Assembly: GCA_963934255.1 (NCBI GenBank)
Contig: CAWVXU010000033.1
Location: forward strand, 1-25,709
Source: an uncultured Fibrobacterales bacterium
GTDB lineage: Bacteria > Fibrobacterota > Fibrobacteria > Fibrobacterales > CAWVXU01
Reading direction: 5' to 3'
DNA length: 25,709 bases
Positions 18,324 through 25,709 of this stretch are shown here, in pieces (position 1 is the first letter of the stretch; each line of letters begins with the position of its first letter). The notes below the pieces were generated by a model. That model was not told the origin of the DNA and did no database searches. It saw only the letters and a list, made by a program, of their open reading frames with translations. The translations under genes and the position numbers were made by a program.

Positions 18324-18680
18324 TTATAGAGCTGACAACTGTTTAATCCAGCCGAAATATTCATTGTCTTGCTTGCTTTTGGCTTTGATGTAGCGCTTAG
18401 ATCTCTTGGATTGAGAAGTAACAAACTCTGTCGTATACGGAGACTCAGCAGCAACAACTAAAGCTCTAAAATCCCCGCAAGCTAATCTGATTACTTCATC
18501 TATTGAAGTGCCCTTAACAGAGTGGATATAGAGAATCCCCACCTTGACTCTGTTGACTTCAATATGAAAAGGCTCTGAACCATATTGATTAAGTTTCACT
18601 TCAATTTCTTCACGGTCTTGTTTTTCAACGAACATTTTCCCTAAAATAACAGGAAATATGAGATCATAATTTAATTCCAT
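18324..18680 (-). CDS. Conserved hypothetical protein
   Basis: 118-aa ORF with its own terminator. The pattern RVKVGIL...A.GDFRALV.AAE.P resembles a small uncharacterised family (recalled, not searched). Confidence 0.75.
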   Translation of the reverse strand: MELNYDLIFPVILGKMFVEKQDREEIEVKLNQYGSEPFHIEVNRVKVGILYIHSVKGTSIDEVIRLACGDFRALVVAAESPYTTEFVTSQSKRSKRYIKAKSKQDNEYFGWIKQLSAL

Positions 18681-19164
18681 ATTGATTCTAAATCTTTCTT
18701 AAGGATAGACCAAATAGAAGGGCAATCCATATATCAGCAGAACTTAACTCACTAAATGTAATTAGTAATCTCTTGCCGCCAAAGAGCTCAGTCCAAATAA
18801 AGTGCCAGCTTCCGACTAAGCTCCACATCCACATCCATTTCAGCTCCTATCCTTCTAATAAAGCCAGTTGCTCTGGTTAAGTACTAAAGCCTAGCTGAGT
18901 TAATTTCTCTTGTAGTGCAGGATAGCTTGAAATCACAAAGACAGCGTCTTCGTTTTTGATATGACTTTTGACAATCTCTTGAATAACCGACCCAATTCGA
19001 TGTTCACGGATAAAAAAGAATGAAGATGGTTATGATCTTATTCATGGCTTATCTCCGAATAAGACTGCTAAATTGCAAAGTTCTTACCCCTATAACGAAC
19101 CTACCGACTATTGGGTGGCAAATGAAATTAACAACGTTACTTGAGATGGAAATAGCTCAATTTC

Positions 19165-19629
19165 TTAAGCTTTGTAAATCTTGCCATCAACAATCTTGAT
19201 TTCAAATTTGGGGATCATATCGCCTTCTTTAGCCGGACCACGAAGTCTTTTACCTGTCTCTAAATCAAAATATGAATCGTGTAAGAAACACCTCATCTCA
19301 CCATTTTGAACATCCACCGGCTGACTCGAAACACCATCGTTTAAATCACATGACATGTGCGGACAATAAGACTCATAAGACAAGACTCTACCATCACCTA
19401 ATTTAATAAGTAAAATCGGTCGTCCTAATTTTCTATGGACCATTGTGGCCTTATGCATAGGAAGAGATTCTACTGTGCTAAGGAAGCCATCTTCACCTTC
19501 AAACCTAGTGCCTTCAGGATGCTCGCCTCTATAAGTTGAGCTGCAAGCTGAGAACCCTAGAGAAGCTGAGACTATTCCTAAATCCTTGATGAATTCTCTA
19601 CGATCTAAATATGGTTTGGATTTTTTCAT
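19165..19629 (-). CDS. Rieske [2Fe-2S] protein with Tat-lipoprotein signal
   Basis: DRREFIK twin-arginine motif, FSAC lipobox, ligand boxes CPH and CFLH, RGPA. Confidence 0.9.
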   Translation of the reverse strand: MKKSKPYLDRREFIKDLGIVSASLGFSACSSTYRGEHPEGTRFEGEDGFLSTVESLPMHKATMVHRKLGRPILLIKLGDGRVLSYESYCPHMSCDLNDGVSSQPVDVQNGEMRCFLHDSYFDLETGKRLRGPAKEGDMIPKFEIKIVDGKIYKA

Positions 19630-20486
19630 GGGTCCCTTTTGGATTCAGAATCTTCTAACAAGAAGTCGAATTCTCTGATGATGTTAAACCCAAAACGCAA
19701 ATCAGTTAAACTACTGACTGTATTGTTTGCGCCTGCAATCATTTCATTAAAATTGTTATAGATGTGATTTTGGACACCAATTGAAAAAAGATGCTGATAA
19801 GTCCTATAGGCGACAGATACACCATAAGTATCAGAAATTACTTGCTCTGAATTTTCTCTCACATAACCCGTCACTGGCCTCATGTATTCACCTGAGAAAG
19901 TCCAACGATTATGCCTTACAGTCATCGACCCACCTACAGCATGTGTCCATTTGGCTGCATAAGGGTATTCTTCTAATTGAGATGAAATTGAATTTTGACC
20001 TGCAGTGATGAGATTAAAGCTCAATCTTTCATTAAATAAATACCTTCCCAAAATAAGAGTATATCCATAAGTATTGGCCACATCAATGTCTTCTAGAGTT
20101 CTATACCCGTAGTTTATATCTGTCGTCAATGATATAGGTTGGCGATCAACATATTGATCAAGTAGTTTGAGCTTATTTGATATTTTATATTGCTTGCCGA
20201 GTCGGTAGCGAGTCAATGTCACATCTGCAAAATTAGCAATACCATAGGTAAACGCCAGACCGATATTACCAGCCCCATCCATACCCAGTAATTCTTGGTA
20301 TGCGGGACTCCAATCACCATCATTTTCTAAAGTAGTAACAAATCGATGCCCAATATCCATTTGGAAAGTTTTAGCGCGAGCGATTTTCCAATTAGGTGAA
20401 GTTCCCAAATTTCTTTCAACTAAGCCTACGGTATAGGAGAAGCCAATTTCAACAACAAGACTGATAATGAAAATTGTACGAATCAC
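19626..20486 (-). CDS. Outer-membrane beta-barrel protein, DUF5777-like
   Basis: Signal peptide, amphipathic strands, and motifs HRF, HLFSIGVQN and RFGFNIIREF recognised as DUF5777-like. Confidence 0.75.
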   Translation of the reverse strand: MIRTIFIISLVVEIGFSYTVGLVERNLGTSPNWKIARAKTFQMDIGHRFVTTLENDGDWSPAYQELLGMDGAGNIGLAFTYGIANFADVTLTRYRLGKQYKISNKLKLLDQYVDRQPISLTTDINYGYRTLEDIDVANTYGYTLILGRYLFNERLSFNLITAGQNSISSQLEEYPYAAKWTHAVGGSMTVRHNRWTFSGEYMRPVTGYVRENSEQVISDTYGVSVAYRTYQHLFSIGVQNHIYNNFNEMIAGANNTVSSLTDLRFGFNIIREFDFLLEDSESKRDP

Positions 20487-21232
20487 TCTTGAGCACCTTG
20501 CTCAATCCATTCAGCTATAATAGCGAGTTCTTCAGCTGTGGGATTGCCAGCAGAAGCAAAACGTGAAGGCATTGTTTTTAGTACAATCATTCTGTTATTA
20601 ATTTTGGAAATATTATCAGCAGAGGCTGTGATATTAGCATATGTGTCGAGCTCTAACCCCAAGCGAGCACCCGCACCAATATGACACTGAGCACAATAGG
20701 TGGCGAATATTTGTGGAATTTCTGGATCACTATACTTCCAAACTCTCAGGCTAGACGAAGACTGTTCAGTTGCACTTGAGGCAACATCGGAGCTTGTAAC
20801 ATCTTCAGAACTTGTAACATCTTCAGAACTTGTGCCAGCGATTGAACTATTCTCAAGAGTGGAGCTTGAAGAAACAACTTCGGATGAAGTCGCAGGCTCA
20901 GCTTGACTTTCTAGCCAACTGATAAGTATTTCTTTGTTTTCTCCAGATAAAACTGAAGTCCCAGGAAGCGGCATCAAATTTTGATTTAATTGGGAAACAA
21001 TAAGGCTTGCATGTCCGATGATATATTCTTCCTCAACAAATTCGGTACCTTCCGGGGCACCGTTTTTAACAGGGTCGCCATGGCAGTTTTGACAACTTTC
21101 AGCGATGATTGGTTCAATATCATTAACAAATGTTAAAGCCGATACATCATTATTTTCATTTGACAAGACCCTATCAGTCTCTTGTGAGCAGGATAGGGTT
21201 AAAGCAATTGCGCCTAAAATTAAATACTTCAT
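20483..21232 (-). CDS. Diheme c-type cytochrome lipoprotein
   Basis: Likely start at 21232 (MKYLILGAIALTLSC, lipobox). Two CxxCH motifs (CQNCH, CAQCH), each followed by MP, separated by a Ser/Thr-rich linker. Confidence 0.85.
   Translation of the reverse strand: MKYLILGAIALTLSCSQETDRVLSNENNDVSALTFVNDIEPIIAESCQNCHGDPVKNGAPEGTEFVEEEYIIGHASLIVSQLNQNLMPLPGTSVLSGENKEILISWLESQAEPATSSEVVSSSSTLENSSIAGTSSEDVTSSEDVTSSDVASSATEQSSSSLRVWKYSDPEIPQIFATYCAQCHIGAGARLGLELDTYANITASADNISKINNRMIVLKTMPSRFASAGNPTAEELAIIAEWIEQGAQE
20783..20833. repeat. 18-bp in-frame tandem repeat (TSSEDV x2 plus degenerate TSSDV)
   Basis: AACATCTTCAGAACTTGT at 20798-20815 and 20816-20833, preceded by AACATCGGAGCTTGT. Confidence 0.9.
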
Positions 21233-21457
21233 TTTATATGCCTTTGTTAAAATTCTTAATGAACTGCTGTACAACAAGTTGCTTGATAAATCACAAACCA
21301 CATAACTAGTATATAAACATTTTTGATAAGATCGGATATTTGACATTAATTTCTGTTTAGAGGTTTAATATTTTGTCTGGTTTTGATCTATTATTTTAAA
21401 TCTAAGTCAATTTAATGATGAAGATGAGATGGACAATACTCAAGAAGACGGTAATCT

Positions 21458-21481
21458 AGTTTTTGAGTTTTTGAGTTTTTG
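21458..21481. repeat. 8-bp tandem repeat x3
   Basis: AGTTTTTG three times. Confidence 0.85.
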
Positions 21482-21779
21482 ATGACCGTATGATTCGTTA
21501 ACCCTTAAAAGCAGTTATCAAATAAACATTTTAAATACCCCAATATTAAATTTGTTTTTATGGATATTCAAATGCCAATTATGAATGACATTGAGTCAAA
21601 AAATGAACTCCGTAAGTTAGGGTTTGAACAACCCATTGTGGTTTTAAACCCCAACTCAACCAAAAAATCTTTCGATGACTCAGTCATTCCCCCATTCTGA
21701 TGTTTACAGACCCAAGCCCATCAACCTCAAAGCCCTAAAGAATGCCTTACTGACTAGCCGTGGAGATAATCAGGAATAG
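21475..21779 (+). pseudogene. Degraded response-regulator receiver (CheY-like) domain
   Basis: Fragments VFDD, IKFVFMDIQMPIMNDIESKNELRKLGFEQPIVVL and, in a shifted frame, DVYRPKPINLKALKNALL, with stops and frameshifts between them. Confidence 0.78.
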
Positions 21780-21813
21780 AAATCAACTTGTACTAATTAT
21801 TAGGAGTAAATAT

Positions 21814-21842
21814 TTGATTTTACCTCATAAACAAAGTAACTT
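21814..21842 (+). promoter_or_regulatory. sigma70-type promoter for the TIGR02147-like gene (probably leaderless)
   Basis: TTGATT, 17-nt spacer, TAACTT, then 6 nt to ATG 21849. No SD sequence. Confidence 0.55.
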
Positions 21843-21848
21843 TTATCC

Positions 21849-22721
21849 ATGGAACCGTATCATCAATTAAAGCCCAATTCAAACTCTTATTTAGACTATA
21901 GAGTCTATTTAAAAGACCTTTACGCTTGGAAACAATCTGTTCAGCATGGTTTTTCTCAGCGTCAACTCGCAAAAGAAGGTGAATTTGGGTTAGGATTATT
22001 TACCAAAATAGTTCAAGGTGAACGCGATCTATCAGCCAAGGTCATGGTTAAATTAACCAAGGTATTTGAGATCCCAGAATTAGATTCAGATGACCTTGAC
22101 CTACTTGTAATGTATAATCAAGCAAAGACCTCCCAAGAGAAACTTGAACGCCTCAAGGATCTCATGGAATTTCGAGCGATCCATTGTTCCACGACAACAT
22201 TAGAAAATAGACATTATCAATTTTATACTGAATGGTATCATAGCGCCATACGTGAAATACTCTCTAGTACCAACTTTTGCGGATCCTTTGCTGATTTGGG
22301 TGAACTACTCATCCCACCAATTGGGGCGCGCAAAGCTAAGGCATCGATCAAATTATTGACAGAGCTCAATTTAATCAAAGAATTTTCTTCCGTAGATGGT
22401 GCCTATACTTGGAAAGTCAACCATCAATTAATTACTTCAGATAATGAAATTGCCAAAACTTCAGTATTAAAGTTCAATAGTGATATGATACTCAAAGCTA
22501 AAGAAGCCCTCCATCAATTTACAGCTCTTGAGCGCAATATAAGCACTGTCACGCTTTCACTGAATGAAGACCATTTGCCTATTTTAATCGAAAAGGCAAG
22601 AAAGTTTCGTCAAGAAATTATGCAGCTGGCAAAAAGCGATCAGAACGCCAACAAAGTATTTCAATTAAACATGCAAATTTTCCCGCTCTCTCACAAAATT
22701 GAACCCAGAAATACTCAATGA
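21849..22721 (+). CDS. TIGR02147-family protein (N-terminal HTH, DUF4423-like C-terminus)
   Basis: YLDYRVYLKDLY, FSQRQLA...GERDLS, FYTEWYHSAIRE, ERNISTVTLS, VFQLNMQIFPLS. Confidence 0.9.
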   Translation: MEPYHQLKPNSNSYLDYRVYLKDLYAWKQSVQHGFSQRQLAKEGEFGLGLFTKIVQGERDLSAKVMVKLTKVFEIPELDSDDLDLLVMYNQAKTSQEKLERLKDLMEFRAIHCSTTTLENRHYQFYTEWYHSAIREILSSTNFCGSFADLGELLIPPIGARKAKASIKLLTELNLIKEFSSVDGAYTWKVNHQLITSDNEIAKTSVLKFNSDMILKAKEALHQFTALERNISTVTLSLNEDHLPILIEKARKFRQEIMQLAKSDQNANKVFQLNMQIFPLSHKIEPRNTQ

Positions 22722-23905
22722 TTAAATTTTTGTTTCAAATCTCGCTTCTCTTTGTGGTACTGAATGCTTTCACACAATGCACTGAAAGCTCGAAAACTCT
22801 TGCAGGTGGAGCTTCCGAGACAGAGGCCGGTATCCAATTCTCTGTAATAAATCTGGACGGTCAAGCAGTACCAAACGCAAAAATTTGGATCCATGATCGA
22901 GCAATAGTATCTGAGGCAATTGATTCAACTCTGTGTGACAATCAAGGTATTTGTAGCTTCGACTCTATTCAACCCGGCTCCTACCTCATAAGAAGTGAAT
23001 TTGAACAGTTGATGTCCATGGTGGAATTAAACATTAGCGACAGGCGTGATTCTGTAACAACAGCAGTTTTACAATTAGCTCCTCCCTCTCAGATCAAGAT
23101 TGAATCTTATCAAATCAATCACGACGATTCAATTATTCGAATTGGTATTGCAGGTTTTGCTCATTGGGATACAATTCAAGTGGATCAACCGTGGACGTCA
23201 CCAACTATCCCGATTGGCAATCACATTATAATTATGGAATCATCACTTGAAAGTATTCAGCTCATCACTCAAGTCAATGACACGATAGCCATACTCTCTA
23301 TTACAACTGAAATAGAATCACCACCGGTGCATTACATCCTTGATGACTTCTATGATCGAGGTGATCAAACAGACTGGTCTATTGCAAATAACCTCATTGA
23401 TGACACTTGGCAATTTCAAGGTGAAATAAGTATCAACGGAGGATCAGATGCATACACCAAAAGCACAACAAACTCGCCACATACCTTTTACAACTTTTCA
23501 CCACTGCCAGTCAACTGGGGAAACATTCAAGATTACTTTGTCACGCTAGATACGACCATGGTAGGAGGTATACTCACCCCAGTCAATTTAGATTCTACTC
23601 TACTCCCCAGCGTTGAACCCTATCTTGATCTAATCACAAGCTTCTACAGTACTCAAAGTCACCCTTTTACCCATGTCGACAGCGTCAGCTTAATTCTTTA
23701 CACAAATGGCACTGATGACTTTCAAGTGATAGCATTTGATTCTAATCAAGAAGTAATTAATAGTAGTACTAGAGTGGGTACATCCGGAGGTTGGCAATGG
23801 ACAACACTACAATTCTCACAAATTAATTCTCAGATCCGACAACTTGGTTTCCGAAACTTTGGTGAAAATACAGGCATGGGTTATATCGTGATCCATGGAC
23901 GATAG
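22718..23905 (+). CDS. Putative lipoprotein partner of TIGR02147 (carboxypeptidase-regulatory-like domain plus beta-rich C-terminus)
   Basis: Signal peptide ending in Cys20, AGGASETE motif, DGQAVPNAKI...GICSFDSIQPGSY; ATGA overlap with the upstream gene. Confidence 0.8.
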   Translation: MIKFLFQISLLFVVLNAFTQCTESSKTLAGGASETEAGIQFSVINLDGQAVPNAKIWIHDRAIVSEAIDSTLCDNQGICSFDSIQPGSYLIRSEFEQLMSMVELNISDRRDSVTTAVLQLAPPSQIKIESYQINHDDSIIRIGIAGFAHWDTIQVDQPWTSPTIPIGNHIIIMESSLESIQLITQVNDTIAILSITTEIESPPVHYILDDFYDRGDQTDWSIANNLIDDTWQFQGEISINGGSDAYTKSTTNSPHTFYNFSPLPVNWGNIQDYFVTLDTTMVGGILTPVNLDSTLLPSVEPYLDLITSFYSTQSHPFTHVDSVSLILYTNGTDDFQVIAFDSNQEVINSSTRVGTSGGWQWTTLQFSQINSQIRQLGFRNFGENTGMGYIVIHGR

Positions 23906-23924
23906 ACTGATTAATATGATTGGT

Positions 23925-24044
23925 TTACAGCTGTCCCCTCAAAACTAATCAATTGATAATTTCACCAGACTCTCAACCCATTGAATATCTAGCGTCTTTT
24001 GGAATAACAACCTAAAATTTTGGTAAAACTGTAACCATAGTCAT
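23925..24044 (-). pseudogene. Degraded AbrB/MazE/SpoVT-family antitoxin
   Basis: One frame reads MTMVTVLPKF*VVIPKDARYSMG*ESGEIIN*LVLRGQL*, matching the AbrB-fold motif VTVSPKFQVVIPK..R..LG...G with in-frame stops. Confidence 0.75.
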
Positions 24045-24336
24045 ATAGGGATTCCATCGCTAACATTATTAGAGAACGAAACCTATAAGGGTTTGCTTTG
24101 AAAACAAATAAGTATTAAATATTTAAATCAGGCTGTGAGATGCTTTCAGATATATCTTTTCTAATAGGCAAGCTCACGACTAGACTATGGCGGATGATAT
24201 CCTTGCCAAATGACGTGTCTCAAATCAATTATTTACTGATGAAAAGACATTTTACAGGGTTGAGATGTTTTACTCTAATTTAGGATTTACCTATATTATA
24301 AAGAGAGTGGTTATTTAAATTGAAAAGGATTATTAA

Positions 24337-24507
24337 ATGTTTGGTTTATTCAAAAGTAAAACTGAAATTGAAAAGCTTCAAGAAAAATATTTAAAGCTTA
24401 TGAAAGAAGCTCATGCGTTATCTAATAGCAATAGACGAGCGAGTGATGATAAGACAGCTGAAGCTGCTGAAGTTGTTAAAAAAATAGATTTACTAAAATT
24501 GTCTTGA
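24337..24507 (+). CDS. Small protein, Lacal_2735-family-like (56 aa)
   Basis: Below the ORF-track cutoff. Translates to MFGLFKSKTEIEKLQEKYLKLMKEAHALSNSNRRASDDKTAEAAEVVKKIDLLKLS. AAGGA SD present; candidate promoter TTTACT-17-TATATT at 24269-24297. Confidence 0.85.
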   Translation: MFGLFKSKTEIEKLQEKYLKLMKEAHALSNSNRRASDDKTAEAAEVVKKIDLLKLS

Positions 24508-24569
24508 CTGACTCTAGTACACTTAGTGGCCCACCTTTCAACTCACTCTAATTCATTGACTTGATTACG

Positions 24570-25522
24570 TATTAAGACCATTCATAATCATCAATGGCTT
24601 TAAATAATTCACCTATGCTGTATTGAACTTCTTCATAAATTCAGATGATTTTTGGTAGACTCATCTTAATCTGACTGTAAATCAGAAATTAAACTGACAA
24701 CAATATCTGAAGGTTGGTTTGTTCCTGGGATGATCTAGTCTAAATCTCGCTAACTTTGAGGTATAAAACATCTACTTTGTCTTGCAGAGTATGATACGGA
24801 ACCTAAATGATGTTTTTGACTTAACTTCATATTTGTATCCACTTGGAATAAACATAAGGCGCGACTTTTTAGTTTAGTAGGCATCTCCTCATCTTACTTT
24901 AATTCTAATAAGAAAAATATGAGTTTCGAGATTGCTTATTTTTGTTATCTCGCTTTTTCTTTAAAATTTCCCAGCCAACATAAAATCGACTTAAATATGC
25001 ATCTAAATCTTTTAAACAGTCAGCTACCGAGTCAACTATGCAATCAGTATCAAAAACAAGCTGTAAAAGTCCCGTATTATTCAATTCAGTAGTATTTTTT
25101 AAAACTTGTCCCTGACTATAGATTTTTTTTAGCCTTGACATCTATCGTCTTTCTTTAGGTGCCCAGAAGATTACCGATTTACCACTGTCTTATTTTCTTT
25201 ATCGGGTGATCGTTATTCTCATAAAAATTCTTTGATTCATAGATATCTCTATTGTTTTTTTCAAATCGTTTAGATACATCATTTGCTTCCAAAGTAATCC
25301 TATCAATTTCAATATCTATATATTCAATACGAATCTTATCAATTTCTGACAAATATTCCTTTGATTGGGTTTTTCCTTTTCGGATTCAAGTGCTTCGATT
25401 TGTTTTAGATATGGGTCTACCAAATCTAAGTGTTGCGAAGCAGCACAAGCCATTAACAAACTACATAAAATTAGGAGACCAATCAAAAACTGCTTGCGCT
25501 AGTGAATGAAAATTTAATTCAT
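24570..25522 (-). pseudogene. Fragmented lipoprotein-like gene
   Basis: MN*IFIH*RKQFLIGLLILCSLLMACAASQ (lipobox LMAC), followed by frameshifted coding-like blocks including the 24905-25141 ORF. The 3' limit is approximate. Confidence 0.5.
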
Positions 25523-25564
25523 CGAAATTAAGTACAACTTGTTGCACTAGCCACCATCACATTT

Positions 25565-25709
25565 CTGTGGAGGGGAAGTCAGATACTATTTTCCGACTAC
25601 ATGGATTTTGCAAAACGTCCCAAGACCCCTGCGTGAGCCAACTAAAAATGGCAACAGTTCTCAAGCGTTGGGCATCAGGACATCTTCCATAGTAAATTGA
25701 GCTGTATCA
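25565..25709. other. Structured non-coding element truncated by the window end (ncRNA or IS110/IS1111-like remnant)
   Basis: Nested pairing: 25614-25684 long stem with G-U pairs on the minus strand, 25601-25605 with 25686-25690, and 25582-25586 with 25704-25708. Confidence 0.35.

Noticed and set aside
18878..19045. Coding-like fragment REHRIGSVIQEIVKSHIKNEDAVFVISSYPALQEKLTQLGFST on the minus strand
   Set aside because: No in-frame start and no family recognised; BLASTX would be needed.
2892..21305. Short antisense or nested ORFs in the track (for example 2892-3125, 6146-6361, 7409-7768, 11455-11790, 13746-13991, 17304-17561, 20700-20906)
   Set aside because: They are shadows of well-supported genes and have no recognisable motifs.
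21280..21345. FNR/CRP-like half sites upstream of the cytochrome operon
   Set aside because: The spacing does not fit TTGAT-N4-ATCAA, and only one TGTGA half-site is present.
21233..21346. 38-aa N-terminal extension of the cytochrome ORF
   Set aside because: A clean lipoprotein signal begins at Met39 (21232), so the extension is probably upstream non-coding DNA.
25252..25509. 85-aa plus-strand ORF
   Set aside because: It is antisense to the lipoprotein pseudogene, whose strand looks more protein-like.
1..25709. CRISPR array, tRNA/rRNA genes, integron attC array
   Set aside because: I saw no regularly spaced repeats, cloverleaf or rRNA signatures, or repeated attC cores by eye.

Overview
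AT-rich bacterial window, most likely Fibrobacterota (inferred from a TIGR02147-like gene and Ser-rich lipoprotein linkers). Bases 1-15630 hold one tightly packed minus-strand cluster of envelope and regulatory genes. In transcription order it reads lptC, lptA-like, lptB, rpoN, hpf, hprK, two MCE/MlaD paralogs, HPr, PTS enzyme I, TPR lytic transglycosylase, a DMT protein, mlaE and murJ (which runs off the window). A divergent thioesterase follows. Bases 16056-25709 are an accessory region in which intact genes alternate with decayed remnants. The intact genes are a DMT transporter, a cold-shock protein, a conserved hypothetical, a diheme cytochrome c / DUF5777-like barrel / Tat-Rieske operon, a TIGR02147-like gene with its lipoprotein partner, and a small Lacal_2735-like ORF missing from the ORF track. 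The remnants are an IS3 transposase, a receiver domain, an AbrB-type antitoxin and a lipoprotein. The most interesting signals are: the cytochrome-barrel-Rieske module as a candidate outer-membrane redox system; the TIGR02147-lipoprotein pair; a leaderless sigma70 promoter for rpoN overlapped by a sigma54 -24/-12 site; twin MlaDs with identical NVDIF ends; and G-U-rich RNA structures in the csp leader and at the window end. All family calls are by motif recognition, not database search.
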